Counted from the stretch's first letter, positions 30,678 through 41,509 are shown. The stretch is DNA of 64,000 nt from Candidatus Pelagibacter sp. (GCF_052049675.1 NZ_JBNGZM010000001.1:348242-412241); one strand, 5' to 3'. Notes: generated by a model not told the origin, from the sequence alone. Made by a program: numbers and translations.

Positions 30678-30763
30678 ATGAGCAAGGTTTTATAATTATA
30701 ATTATTTAATTCAACCATAAAATAGTCTAATAAACTTATTAATTTAAAGCATCATGCTTTCCT

Positions 30764-31642
30764 ATGAATAAAGAATTTAACAAAGGCTTATTACTTGCTG
30801 GGTTTGGATCATTTTGGTGGGGATTTTTTGGTGTAATTTATTTTAAATATATCGCTTATATTGGGCATATTGAATTAGTAGTTCATAGATGTTTGTGGAC
30901 AGCGTTTACTTTAATTCTGACTACTTTTTTTTTCTCTAAATGGAATGTTTTTTTTAACATTGTAAAAAATAAATCAAATTTATTTTATTTATTTATCTCA
31001 GGATTTTTAATTTTTATAAATTGGGGTGTATGGATATATGCTATAGCAACAAATAGAATTATAGATGCAAGTTTTGGGTATTTTATAATGCCCATTTTAA
31101 GTGTAATGCTAGGTTATCTTTTTTTTAAGGAAAATCTTAATAAAAAAAGAATCTTTTCAATTCTCTTAGTTATTTTATCAATTCTTTTTTTAATAATAGT
31201 AAGCATTAAATCATTGCCCTGGGTTGGTTTAATTGTTGCTTTAAGTTGGGGGTTTTACAATCTTGTTAGAAAAAAAATAAATGTTGATACTGATATAGGC
31301 CTTCTTATCGAAAGTTTATTTATATTGCCATTTGCACTTATAGTTTTTTATTTTATAGCAAGCAAAGGATATAATGATTTTCAATTTTCCGATCCATCGA
31401 TGATGCTATTTATTTATCTTGCTGGACCTATGACTGTCATACCTTTATTTTTATATGTTAGGGGAGTTGAACTCTGTGGTTTAGGTCCCGCTGGCATGAT
31501 ATTTTATATAACTCCTACTTTTCAGTTTTTATTAGGGTATTTTTATTACAACGAGCCTTTTTCAATAACAAAATTAGTTAGTTTTATTTTTATTTGGATT
31601 GCTGTAATTATATATTTGAAAGATTTACATGAAACTAATTAA
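30764..31642 (+). CDS. rarD: EamA/DMT-family transporter, RarD-like
   Basis: Ten predicted TM helices and two EamA repeats; the N-terminal GxxxAxxxxxxWG pattern resembles RarD. Confidence 0.7.
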   Translation: MNKEFNKGLLLAGFGSFWWGFFGVIYFKYIAYIGHIELVVHRCLWTAFTLILTTFFFSKWNVFFNIVKNKSNLFYLFISGFLIFINWGVWIYAIATNRIIDASFGYFIMPILSVMLGYLFFKENLNKKRIFSILLVILSILFLIIVSIKSLPWVGLIVALSWGFYNLVRKKINVDTDIGLLIESLFILPFALIVFYFIASKGYNDFQFSDPSMMLFIYLAGPMTVIPLFLYVRGVELCGLGPAGMIFYITPTFQFLLGYFYYNEPFSITKLVSFIFIWIAVIIYLKDLHETN

Positions 31643-32630
31643 TATTTTTTTATTTTTTATTTTTATTTCTATTAATTTTTCATTTGCTGATATCAATAAA
31701 GAATTTGAAAATTGGAAATTAAATTTTAAAAAAATAGCTTTAGAAAACAATATTTCAGAAAAAACATTTGATATAGTTATGTCTGATACCAAATTTTTAT
31801 CAGATGTAATAAAATATGATAGGTATCAACCTGAATTTTACGAGGATACTAAAACTTATATTTCAAAAAGAACATCATCAAAAAAAGTCTCGTTGGGTAA
31901 AAAATTCTATGAAAAAAATTCAACGTTAATCAATAACGTTGAAAACGAATTTAATATAGAGAGAGAGTTACTATTAGCTCTAATGGGAATAGAAACTAAT
32001 TTTGGAACTTATGTTGGTAAAATGGATATTTTATCCTCTTTGGCAACCTTAAGTTTTGACAAAAGAAGATCAGAATTTTTTACAAACGAATTATTAATTC
32101 TTTTGAGACTAATTGAAAATGAACAAATAGATTATAAAACGTTATATGGATCTTGGGCAGGTGCTTTTGGTTTTTTTCAATTTATGCCATCAACAATGAA
32201 AAATTATGCAATTGACCATGATGGCAATGGATATATAGATTTAAAAAATAATAATGATGCATATGCTTCTGCATCAAACTATTTAAATCAAATAGGTTGG
32301 GAAAGTGAGAATCCTTGCTTTTATAGAATTGATTTATCAGAGAATATACCAAGTAAATATTTGAATATTTCTGCAAAAAGACTTCATGATAAAAAAAAAT
32401 TAAAATATTTTAGAAAATTTATTAAAAATAATGATCAAATAGATAGCAAGTACAATTCGTTAAAGGTAGCTATTATAACTCCAGATAAAGATATCATACC
32501 TGATGCCGAAACTTTAAATCCAGCATATATCGTATTTAATAACTATGAGATAATATTAAAATGGAATAGATCATTACGATTTGCTTTAGCCGTTTGTACA
32601 TTAAAAGATAAATTTAAAAATGAACTTTAA
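31629..32630 (+). CDS. Lytic murein transglycosylase (MltB/SLT_2 family)
   Basis: LLALMGIETNFG (catalytic Glu), GSWAGAFGFFQFMPST, DGNGYIDL. Confidence 0.85.
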   Translation: MKLINIFLFFIFISINFSFADINKEFENWKLNFKKIALENNISEKTFDIVMSDTKFLSDVIKYDRYQPEFYEDTKTYISKRTSSKKVSLGKKFYEKNSTLINNVENEFNIERELLLALMGIETNFGTYVGKMDILSSLATLSFDKRRSEFFTNELLILLRLIENEQIDYKTLYGSWAGAFGFFQFMPSTMKNYAIDHDGNGYIDLKNNNDAYASASNYLNQIGWESENPCFYRIDLSENIPSKYLNISAKRLHDKKKLKYFRKFIKNNDQIDSKYNSLKVAIITPDKDIIPDAETLNPAYIVFNNYEIILKWNRSLRFALAVCTLKDKFKNEL

Positions 32631-33381
32631 AAAATACATATTAATTATTTCCATACTTTTTTTAACTGCATGTAATCAATTTGATCAAAATAATAAAAAC
32701 TTAGTTTATATTAGCGATCAAAAGTATAGTAATACCGGATTTGCTTTAATTTATGATAACAAATTAAAAAAAGAAAAAAAAATATCTAAAAAAATTGATA
32801 ATAGATCTCTTTTAATTTTTCATAATAAAATTAAAAAAAATTCATTTGTTAAAATTACCAATCCTGTTAATGGTAAATCAATTATAGCTGAAGTGATCTC
32901 AAATAATGTTAAATTCTCATCTTTTTACAACTCTGTAATAACCCAACGAATTGCTGATGAGTTATCACTTGACACTAAAGAACCTTATATCGATCTTGTT
33001 TTAATCTCAAAAAGCTCAACATTTGTAGCTAAAAAAGCAAAGACTTTTGATGAAGAGAAAAACGTAGCTGAAAAAGCCCCTGTAGATGGAATTACTATAG
33101 ATAACCTGGGTAAAGAAAAAGATAAAGAAGTTAAAATAAAAAAACATAAATTTTTATATTCAATAAAGATTGCAGATTTTTATTACCGAGACTCAGCAGA
33201 AAATATGGTTAATAGAATAAAAGATGAGACAAATATAAAAAAATCTGTAATTAAGAAATTATCTAAAACTAAATATAGGGTATTATTGGGTCCATTTAAT
33301 GATATAAAAAAACTAGAAAAATCATTTAACAAAATAAAAGTATTAAATTTTGAAAATATAGAGATATTAAAAGATGTTTAG
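32620..33381 (+). CDS. RlpA-like lipoprotein with a divergent DPBB region and a C-terminal SPOR domain
   Basis: Lipobox LFLTAC; VKITNPVNGKSIIAEVI resembles the RlpA beta-barrel core; C-terminal YSIKIADFY...YRVLLGPFNDIKKLEKS is SPOR-like. Lies in the mltB-rlpA-dac context. Confidence 0.6.
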   Translation: MNFKKYILIISILFLTACNQFDQNNKNLVYISDQKYSNTGFALIYDNKLKKEKKISKKIDNRSLLIFHNKIKKNSFVKITNPVNGKSIIAEVISNNVKFSSFYNSVITQRIADELSLDTKEPYIDLVLISKSSTFVAKKAKTFDEEKNVAEKAPVDGITIDNLGKEKDKEVKIKKHKFLYSIKIADFYYRDSAENMVNRIKDETNIKKSVIKKLSKTKYRVLLGPFNDIKKLEKSFNKIKVLNFENIEILKDV

Positions 33382-34525
33382 AATATTATTAATTATAATT
33401 TTTTTTAGTTTTTCATTAGCAAGTGTTTCAAAAGCTAATTTTGATGTAAAGGCAAGAACTGCAATATTGCAAGATTATCATTCAGGAGAAATTCTCTATG
33501 AAAAAGAGCCAGATATTTCAATTTATCCGGCTTCTATGACAAAAATAATGACAGCAATTATTGCTTTTGATCTAATAAAATCAGGTGATCTTAGTTTAGA
33601 TGAAAAATTTATAATATCAGAGAGAGCCTGGAGACTATCTACATCAGGATATTCTTCGATGTTTATAATGGTTGGCGATCAGGTCTCTGTAGAAAATTTA
33701 TTAAGAGGTATTATCGTTGCTTCTGGTAATGATGCGTGTATTGCATTAGCTGAAGGCATTGCAGGTACTGAAGAAGAATTTGCAATTTTAATGACTGCCA
33801 AAGCAAAAGAATTAGAGATGGATAATACAAACTTTTCTAATTCATCTGGAATAAATGACCCTGACAATTATTCAACAGTAAGAGATATTTTAAAAATGTC
33901 TAGATATTTAATTAAAGAACATCCTGAATTTTACAAAATGTTTGCTGAAAAAGAATTTACGTGGGATAGAACAGGAGGTGATCCAATAACACAAGGAAAC
34001 AGAAATCCTTTGCTTTATAAAAATCTTGGAGCAGATGGAATAAAAACTGGTTATTTAGCTGTTGAAAAATACTCTTTAGCGTCATCAATAGATAGAAATG
34101 GCAGAAGATTGATTGCTGTTGGAAGTGGTTTTAATTCAAAAAATTCTAGATCTAAAGAGAGCACAAAATTACTTACATTTGGTCTTACTAATTATGATCT
34201 TGTAGAAATAGCTAAAGCCAACAAACCATTACATAAAATTAATATTTGGTTGGGAAAAGAGAATAGTGTGGAAGCATACACTAAGGAAAATATTTATAAA
34301 ACAATCAAAAAAGCGAAAAAAAAACTTTTAAAGGTTGCTGTTAAATATGATGGACCAGTTGAAGCACCGATTAAAAAAGATCAAAAAATAGCTACTCTAA
34401 GAGTTATTTATGATCAAGAGCTTGTTGGTGAGTATGATTTACTTTCATCGAAAGAAATTAAAAAAGTTAATTTTTTTACAAGATTAATAAAATCAATAAA
34501 TTACTTAATTTGGGGTGATGTCTAA
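33374..34525 (+). CDS. D-alanyl-D-alanine carboxypeptidase (S11, PBP5/6-like)
   Basis: Signal peptide; SMTKIMT (SxxK), SGND (SxN), KTGY (KTG). Confidence 0.9.
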   Translation: MFRILLIIIFFSFSLASVSKANFDVKARTAILQDYHSGEILYEKEPDISIYPASMTKIMTAIIAFDLIKSGDLSLDEKFIISERAWRLSTSGYSSMFIMVGDQVSVENLLRGIIVASGNDACIALAEGIAGTEEEFAILMTAKAKELEMDNTNFSNSSGINDPDNYSTVRDILKMSRYLIKEHPEFYKMFAEKEFTWDRTGGDPITQGNRNPLLYKNLGADGIKTGYLAVEKYSLASSIDRNGRRLIAVGSGFNSKNSRSKESTKLLTFGLTNYDLVEIAKANKPLHKINIWLGKENSVEAYTKENIYKTIKKAKKKLLKVAVKYDGPVEAPIKKDQKIATLRVIYDQELVGEYDLLSSKEIKKVNFFTRLIKSINYLIWGDV

Positions 34526-35132
34526 AAAACCCATCATTGTTTTTGAGGGTATAGAGGGTAGTGGTAAAACTCATCATATAAATAAAGTATCTAAATATTT
34601 AGATAAAGAAAAAATTAATTATATAAAGATAAGAGAGCCAGGTGGAAGTCTCAATTCGGAAAAAATAAGAAAATTAATTTTAAATAAAAAATCTAATTTT
34701 AACATAAATACTGATTTACTTTTATATTTAGCAGCTCGTAGTGAAAACATAAATCTTATAAAAAAATCATACAAAAAAAAAATTATTTTGATTGATAGAT
34801 TTATAGATTCAACTATTGCATATCAACATTATGGTATGGGTGTTGATTTAAAAATTATAAACATAATAAACAAATTTCTATTAAAAAACATTAAAGTCAA
34901 CTTTACTTTTCTTAATGTTGTAAATAAAAAAAATCTATTTCAAAGATTGAAAAATAGAAAAACTTTAAATAGATATGATCAGTTTGATATGAATTTTTAT
35001 AACAAAGTTCAAAAAGGTTTTTTAAAATTAGCTAAATATAATAAAAAATCATGCAAAATAATTGATTCTAATTTAGATATAAAAAAAAATGAAGATTTAA
35101 TAATAAACCAAATTAAAAAATTAATTAAATGA
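34518..35132 (+). CDS. tmk: Thymidylate kinase
   Basis: IVFEGIEGSGKT P-loop, DRFIDSTIAYQ. I prefer the ATG at 34518 over the GTG at 34515. Confidence 0.9.
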   Translation: MSKKPIIVFEGIEGSGKTHHINKVSKYLDKEKINYIKIREPGGSLNSEKIRKLILNKKSNFNINTDLLLYLAARSENINLIKKSYKKKIILIDRFIDSTIAYQHYGMGVDLKIINIINKFLLKNIKVNFTFLNVVNKKNLFQRLKNRKTLNRYDQFDMNFYNKVQKGFLKLAKYNKKSCKIIDSNLDIKKNEDLIINQIKKLIK

Positions 35133-36058
35133 ATTTAAATCCCCTAACTCAAATAAATTTATTTGAGCACAAAAAAATTTTTAATCAATTATATAAATTA
35201 TCCAAAAACGACACTTTGCCTAATAAAATTCTTTTATCTGGTGAAAAGGGTATTGGAAAATCAACATTAGCATATCATTTAATTAATTTTGTGTTGTCGG
35301 AAAATGAAGAACATCCCTACGATTATGAAAATAATAAAATTAATCCAGATAATAAGTCATATAAACTTATACTAAATAAATCTAACCCAAATTTTTACTT
35401 AATTGATGTCTTAGAAGAAAAGAAAAATATTGATATAAATCAAATTAGGGAATTGATAATAAATTTAAACAAATCCTCATTTAATAATAAAAAAAGATTT
35501 GTTTTAATTGATAATATTGAATTATTAAACTTAAATTCTATTAATGCTTTATTAAAAATTTTAGAAGAACCTAATGAAAATATAAATTTTATTTTAATTA
35601 ATAACAATAAAAGAGTGCTTCCAACTCTTAAATCCAGATGTTTAAATTTCAAAGTTTTTTTAACAAAAGATCAGTCTATTAGAATTGTTAATCAACTACT
35701 AAACGATGACATAAGTACTATTATTAATAATAAGTTATTTGATTATTATGCAACTCCTGGAAAATTATTTAAATTAATTAAGATATCTGTAGAATATGGC
35801 TTAGATCTTGTTAATTTCGATTTAAACACAACACTAAAAACAATTATTAAAGATAAAATTTATAAAAAAGATAAATCAATTATTGAAATCATTTATTCTT
35901 TTATTGAACTTTATTTTAGAAACAATATATCTATTGAAAATATTAGTTTATTAAAGTCATACCATTATTTTTTAGAAAAAATTAACAATACTAGAACTTA
36001 TAATTTAGATGAGGAAACATTGTTTATGGAATTTGAGGATAAAATACTAAATGGATAA
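35129..36058 (+). CDS. holB: DNA polymerase III delta-prime subunit
   Basis: LLSGEKGIGKSTLAY, LLKILEEP, TLKSRC; conserved tmk-holB-metG order. Confidence 0.85.
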   Translation: MNLNPLTQINLFEHKKIFNQLYKLSKNDTLPNKILLSGEKGIGKSTLAYHLINFVLSENEEHPYDYENNKINPDNKSYKLILNKSNPNFYLIDVLEEKKNIDINQIRELIINLNKSSFNNKKRFVLIDNIELLNLNSINALLKILEEPNENINFILINNNKRVLPTLKSRCLNFKVFLTKDQSIRIVNQLLNDDISTIINNKLFDYYATPGKLFKLIKISVEYGLDLVNFDLNTTLKTIIKDKIYKKDKSIIEIIYSFIELYFRNNISIENISLLKSYHYFLEKINNTRTYNLDEETLFMEFEDKILNG

Positions 36059-37592
36059 AACTTATTATATTACCACACCTATATACTACCCATCAGCTAA
36101 GCCTCATATGGGTCATGCATATTCAAGTATTGTTGCAGATTTTTTTGCAAGATTTAAAATAATTGATGATCATCAGGTTCATTTCCTTACTGGTACTGAT
36201 GAACATGGATTGAAAATTCAAAGATCTGCTGAAAAAGCAGGGAAGGAGCCTCTATTATTTTGTGATCAAATTAGTCAAACCTTTAGAGATCTTTCGAATA
36301 TTTTGAATTTATCAAATACTGATTTTATTAGAACTACAGAAGCTAGACATAAAAAAACAGTTCAACATCTTTGGAATGAACTTGAGAAAAATGATGATAT
36401 ATATTTATCAAACTACTCTGGATGGTATTCAGTATCAGATGAAGCCTTTTATAATGAAGACGAAATTGAGGAATTAGATGGAAAAAAAATTGCTATCTCA
36501 TCAAAATCTCCTGTTGAATGGATCGAAGAAGAATCTTATTTTTTTAGACTTTCAAAGTGGGAAAAACCGTTATTAGATTATTATGAAGCTAATCCAGATT
36601 TTATTGCTCCACAATCTAGAAAAAATGAAGTTATTAGTTTTGTAAAAAGTGGTCTTAAAGATCTTTCTGTTAGTAGAAAAAGTTTTTCATGGGGCATACC
36701 TGTTCCAAATAATAAAAACCACGTGATATATGTTTGGCTGGATGCTTTAACAAATTATTTGAGTGCATTAAACTATCCTAATACAAATGATGATTTGTTT
36801 AAAAAATTTTGGCCAGCCTCAATACATTTAATTGGAAAGGATATACTTAGATTCCATGCTGTTTATTGGCCTGCATTTTTATTAGCAGCAAAAATTGATT
36901 TGCCAAAGAAAGTTTATGGGCATGGATGGATATTATCAGGAGAAGAAAAAATGTCTAAATCTAAAGGAAATATTCTTGATCCACTTGAAATAATTAAAGA
37001 GTATGGTCTAGATCCTTTAAGATACTACTTAATTAAAGAAGTTTCTTTTGGTAATGATGGAAATATATCTCAAGAAAGACTAGAAGATTGTATCAATAGT
37101 GATTTAGCTAACAATTATGGAAATTTATGTCAGCGTGTAACTGCTTTTGCAATAAAAAATTGTGATGGAAAAATTCCAGCAGAAATTAAATTTAATGATG
37201 ACGATTTATTAATATTAAATAAGTATAAAGATAATTTAGATAAAATTAGGTCTCAAATTGATAATCAAAATATTAATTTTTACATTGATTATATTGTAAA
37301 TTCACTTTTTGAGGCTAACAAATATTTTAATGATCAAGAACCATGGAAAAAGAAAGACGATATAATTAGATTAAATACTATTGTATACACTACTTTGGAA
37401 ATTGTTAGAAAAATAAGTTTTTTATTATATCCAATTATTCCCGAAACTTCTTTAAATGCATTAAAGATTTTTGCCATAAATGAAAAAAATATAAAATTAG
37501 ATTTAGTTTCTAATAATGAGTATTTAACAAAAGGTAATAATATTAATAAAATAGATATACTTTTTAAAAAAATAGAAAAAAAAAATGATTGA
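36051..37592 (+). CDS. metG: Methionine--tRNA ligase (short form)
   Basis: PIYYPSAKPHMGHAYS (HIGH-type), KMSKSKGN. Confidence 0.95.
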   Translation: MDKTYYITTPIYYPSAKPHMGHAYSSIVADFFARFKIIDDHQVHFLTGTDEHGLKIQRSAEKAGKEPLLFCDQISQTFRDLSNILNLSNTDFIRTTEARHKKTVQHLWNELEKNDDIYLSNYSGWYSVSDEAFYNEDEIEELDGKKIAISSKSPVEWIEEESYFFRLSKWEKPLLDYYEANPDFIAPQSRKNEVISFVKSGLKDLSVSRKSFSWGIPVPNNKNHVIYVWLDALTNYLSALNYPNTNDDLFKKFWPASIHLIGKDILRFHAVYWPAFLLAAKIDLPKKVYGHGWILSGEEKMSKSKGNILDPLEIIKEYGLDPLRYYLIKEVSFGNDGNISQERLEDCINSDLANNYGNLCQRVTAFAIKNCDGKIPAEIKFNDDDLLILNKYKDNLDKIRSQIDNQNINFYIDYIVNSLFEANKYFNDQEPWKKKDDIIRLNTIVYTTLEIVRKISFLLYPIIPETSLNALKIFAINEKNIKLDLVSNNEYLTKGNNINKIDILFKKIEKKND

Positions 37593-38346
37593 TTCACACT
37601 GTCATCTAGATCATGAACCATTATTAAGTGATTTAGCTAACGTAATACAAAGATCAAAAGATATAGGTATAGAAAAATTACTAACAATCTCAACTTCGTT
37701 TGAAAGTTTTTCTAGAGTAAAAGATTTAATTAATAAAGATGAGATGATCTATGGTACTATTGGTATCCATCCTCATGAAAGCTCCAAAGATATTATTACC
37801 TCAAAACAAATCATTGAAAGTCTCAATGAAAACTCAAAAATTATTGGTATTGGGGAAACTGGGTTAGATTTTTATTATAATAATAGTGAAAAAGATAAGC
37901 AAATAGCAAGTTTTAAAGAACATATAGATGCATCCATAAAAACCAATATTCCATTGATTGTTCATTCAAGAGATGCCGAAAAAGAAACTTTTGAGATTTT
38001 AAATGAATATAAAAATGAAAACCTTAAAATTTTGATGCATTGTTTTACTGGGTCTAAAGAATTCTCAGAAAAACTAATGACTTTAAATTCATTCTTTTCA
38101 GCAAGTGGCATTATTACCTTTAAAAACTCATTGGATTTACAAGATACGTTCAAATCTATCCCAATGGATAATATCTTAATTGAGACTGATAGTCCTTTTT
38201 TAGCACCCGTTCCTAAAAGAGGAAAAAAAAATGAACCATCATTCATTGATTTTACTGCTGCAAAATTAGCTGAAATTAAAAATATATCCAAAGAAGATCT
38301 TATAAAAAAAACTACAGATAACTTTAATAAACTATTTTTTAATTGA
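37585..38346 (+). CDS. tatD: TatD-family metal-dependent hydrolase/DNase
   Basis: MIDSHCHLD, GIGETGLDFYY, VHSRDA, LIETDSPFLAP. Confidence 0.9.
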   Translation: MIDSHCHLDHEPLLSDLANVIQRSKDIGIEKLLTISTSFESFSRVKDLINKDEMIYGTIGIHPHESSKDIITSKQIIESLNENSKIIGIGETGLDFYYNNSEKDKQIASFKEHIDASIKTNIPLIVHSRDAEKETFEILNEYKNENLKILMHCFTGSKEFSEKLMTLNSFFSASGIITFKNSLDLQDTFKSIPMDNILIETDSPFLAPVPKRGKKNEPSFIDFTAAKLAEIKNISKEDLIKKTTDNFNKLFFN

Positions 38347-38351
38347 AATTA

Positions 38352-39122
38352 ATGAAATTTATTATTTTAGGCTGTGGTAGTTCAATGGGCGTTCCAAGGC
38401 CAGATGGTTTCTTTGGAAATTGTGATCCTAATAATAAAAAAAATTATAGAACAAGATGTTCAGCTTTAATTAAAACTACAGATGAAAATATTCTTATAGA
38501 TACATCTCCTGATCTACGACAACAACTTTTAAGTCATAAAATAAAAAAAATTAATAAAGTACTTTTTTCACACATGCATGGTGATCAAACACATGGAATT
38601 AATGATTTAAGATCTTTTTATATAAATAGTAGAAAACCGATTAATGTGTATGCAGATAACCAAACTTCTAAATATCTTAAAAATTCTTTCTCTTATATAT
38701 TTAAAAGTTATTCAAAAGAATACCCCGCAACATTAAAACTTAATAAATTACAAAAAAAAATATTTATTAAAAATAATTATAAAAAAATTGGTATTCAATC
38801 GATTATTGTTGAACATGGTAAAGTAAAATCAAATTGTTTTATTATTAATAAAAAACTGGCTTATATAAGTGACGTGAGCAAAATTTACAATAAAGATCAT
38901 AAGTATTTTAAAAATCTTAAATATCTAGTAATTGATTGTCTATGGTACAATTTTCATCCATCACATTTTAATTTAGAAACCGCACTAGCTATAATTAAAA
39001 AATTCAAACCCAAAAAAGCTGTTCTTACAAACCTATCACCAGTGCTAGATTATAAAGCGCTTAAAAAAATAATACCAAAAAATGTTATTCCTGCACATGA
39101 TGGATTAACTATAAACTTATAA
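38352..39122 (+). CDS. MBL-fold metallo-hydrolase (PhnP/GPP-like)
   Basis: ILGCGSSMGVP, SHMHGDQTHG (HxHxDH variant). I prefer ATG 38352 to the upstream TTG at 38343. Confidence 0.8.
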   Translation: MKFIILGCGSSMGVPRPDGFFGNCDPNNKKNYRTRCSALIKTTDENILIDTSPDLRQQLLSHKIKKINKVLFSHMHGDQTHGINDLRSFYINSRKPINVYADNQTSKYLKNSFSYIFKSYSKEYPATLKLNKLQKKIFIKNNYKKIGIQSIIVEHGKVKSNCFIINKKLAYISDVSKIYNKDHKYFKNLKYLVIDCLWYNFHPSHFNLETALAIIKKFKPKKAVLTNLSPVLDYKALKKIIPKNVIPAHDGLTINL

Positions 39123-39659
39123 GATATTTTCTATAGCTTTGGTTATTATTTTTGACATAGGTTTTGTAAAAGATGCAAATGTATCTTGAATAATACCTTC
39201 TTTATTAATTAAAATTTTATGAAAATTCCATTTTGGTTCAGCTGATTTACCATGATTTTCTTTTGCCCATTTAAAAAGTTCGTGAGCATTATTACCTTTA
39301 ACCTCAGTTATGGTTGTTAGTGGAAAATTAATATTAAAATTTACTTCACAAAATTCCTTAATATCTGCATTGCTTTTTTTTTCTTGATTAAATGAATTCG
39401 ATGGAACACCAAGAACAATTAAACCTTTTTCTTTATATAAATCCCACAATTCTTGTAATTCATCGTATTGTTTTGTAAATCCACAATAACTTGCTGTATT
39501 AACAATTAAAATAACTTTATTTTTGTAATCTTTAAAATTAATTGTCTCTCCAGTTATGCTTTCTATGCTTAAATCATAAATTTTTTTTTCGTAGTTAGCT
39601 GTTGCTGCAGTTTTAAAAAAAAACATAATTATGGATATCAGAATTATTACTTTTTTCAT
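39117..39659 (-). CDS. Glutathione peroxidase (Cys type), secreted
   Basis: Signal peptide; LIVNTASYCGFT, LGVPSNSFNQE, KWNFHKILI. Confidence 0.9.
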   Translation of the reverse strand: MKKVIILISIIMFFFKTAATANYEKKIYDLSIESITGETINFKDYKNKVILIVNTASYCGFTKQYDELQELWDLYKEKGLIVLGVPSNSFNQEKKSNADIKEFCEVNFNINFPLTTITEVKGNNAHELFKWAKENHGKSAEPKWNFHKILINKEGIIQDTFASFTKPMSKIITKAIENIL

Positions 39660-40837
39660 TTACTAGGTTTATTTGGTGTAAGCAGTATTAAAAAATAACC
39701 AAATAAAGTCGATAACAGTGATCCAGTTAATACACCAATTTTTACTCCATCCATATATTGCATGTTTTCAACAAAAGCTAAATTTCCAACAAATAAACTC
39801 ATTGTAAAACCAATCCCAGTAAGCACTCCTACACCGTAAAAATTATACCAACTTGTATCATTTGGCATTTGAGCTACTTTTAATTTTATAGAGACATAAG
39901 AGAATACAAAAACACCTAGCTGTTTACCAAGGAATAGTCCTAATACGATTCCTAGAGGAACCTTATCAAGTAATGAAGCGAAAGATAAACCTTCAAGAGA
40001 TACTCCAGCATTTGCAAATGCAAATAATGGCATTATTCCAAAAGCAACATATGGACTAATTGCATGTTCGATTTTTATTAACAAAGAAAAATCTTTTTCT
40101 TTTTTTCTATGAGGGATAGTCATAGCCAATAAAACTCCAGCAATAGTAGCGTGTATTCCTGAATTATGTGTAAAATCCCAAAGGAAAAGACCTACAACCA
40201 AGTATGGAAGAAATTTTTTAATATTAAATTTATTAATTAATAACAAAACAATAAAAGCCAATAACATTAAGCTTAAGTACTTAATACTCAAATCCCCAGA
40301 GTAGAATAGGGCAATAATTACTATTGCTCCTAAATCGTCAATTATAGCTAATGCAGTTAAGAATACTTTTAAAGACAAAGGAACTCTTTTACCTAACAAA
40401 GATAAAACTCCTAAAGAAAAAGCAATATCAGTAGCTGAAGGAATAGCCCATCCATTTAAAGTTTCACTATCACCTAAATTTACGAAAACATAAAATAATG
40501 CTGGAACTAACATCCCTCCTACAGCACCAATTATTGGTAATAAAGCTTGCTTTATATTTGAAAGCTCTCCTTGTAAAAATTCTCTTTTAATTTCTAAGGT
40601 TACAAAAAAAAAGAAAATTGCCATCAGGGCATCATTAATCCAATGCAATACTGACAATTTTAATCCAAAACTATTTATACCAATGAATACATAATTATTA
40701 AGAGTATCGAAATATAAATCTGCTAGGTCAGAGTTACTTATAAATAAAGCTATTATTGCAGCAAACAACAATACTAGTCCACTTGCGGCTTCTAATTTAA
40801 AAAACCATCTAAAAGGTTTAGATATATAATTAATCAT
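39656..40837 (-). CDS. nhaA: Na+/H+ antiporter NhaA
   Basis: LHWINDALMAIFFF, LTALAIIDDLGAIVIIA (DD motif); 393 aa. Confidence 0.92.
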   Translation of the reverse strand: MINYISKPFRWFFKLEAASGLVLLFAAIIALFISNSDLADLYFDTLNNYVFIGINSFGLKLSVLHWINDALMAIFFFFVTLEIKREFLQGELSNIKQALLPIIGAVGGMLVPALFYVFVNLGDSETLNGWAIPSATDIAFSLGVLSLLGKRVPLSLKVFLTALAIIDDLGAIVIIALFYSGDLSIKYLSLMLLAFIVLLLINKFNIKKFLPYLVVGLFLWDFTHNSGIHATIAGVLLAMTIPHRKKEKDFSLLIKIEHAISPYVAFGIMPLFAFANAGVSLEGLSFASLLDKVPLGIVLGLFLGKQLGVFVFSYVSIKLKVAQMPNDTSWYNFYGVGVLTGIGFTMSLFVGNLAFVENMQYMDGVKIGVLTGSLLSTLFGYFLILLTPNKPSK

Positions 40838-40843
40838 AAAAAA

Positions 40844-41332
40844 TTAGAATAGGTCTATAATAAATAGTTTTATATCTTGCAATGTCTCAAAAAGGTTAAA
40901 TAAAGCAATCTCTAATCCAGGAAACACATTAATTAGTGGGGTTTTTAGTGTATCTAACAAAATAATTAGTGCTACAATTGATATTATAAATACAATCAAA
41001 TAAGAAAAAAATTTAGATCCTTTATTTTCATTTTCCAAATTTTTAACCTTTTTTGAAATTTCTTTTGATGTTTTGTTTTTTATTTCAGGTTCTGTTATTT
41101 TTTCTTTCTGTAAGTTTTTGCTAAATTCTAGATTTTTGTCATTTGTTTCAATAGTTGGTTCTATTTTATTTTCAATATTTTCATTTAATGTTAATGGTGT
41201 TTCGCTCTCAATTTTTGGTCTGTAAAACCAAACTCTTTCACATGAACCACATTGTAGTTCTCGCCCTTCTTGTGGTATTAATGAACTATCAATTTTGAAT
41301 TGTTTCTTTTTGCAAGGGCAAGTAATAATCAT
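40844..41332 (-). CDS. MJ0042-type zinc-ribbon protein with a C-terminal TM anchor
   Basis: MIITCPCKKKQFKIDSSLIPQEGRELQCGSCERVWF (CxC...CxxC zinc ribbon), low-complexity linker, one TM helix. Confidence 0.7.
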   Translation of the reverse strand: MIITCPCKKKQFKIDSSLIPQEGRELQCGSCERVWFYRPKIESETPLTLNENIENKIEPTIETNDKNLEFSKNLQKEKITEPEIKNKTSKEISKKVKNLENENKGSKFFSYLIVFIISIVALIILLDTLKTPLINVFPGLEIALFNLFETLQDIKLFIIDLF

Positions 41333-41426
41333 GCTTTGTTATATACCAGATTTTAATCAATTTTCTTTTAATTTTGGCTTCTTTATACATTGAAATTATC
41401 AATAACTGTTGTATTAGTACTCGGAT

Positions 41427-41503
<77 letters not shown>

Positions 41504-41509
41504 TCGTTT

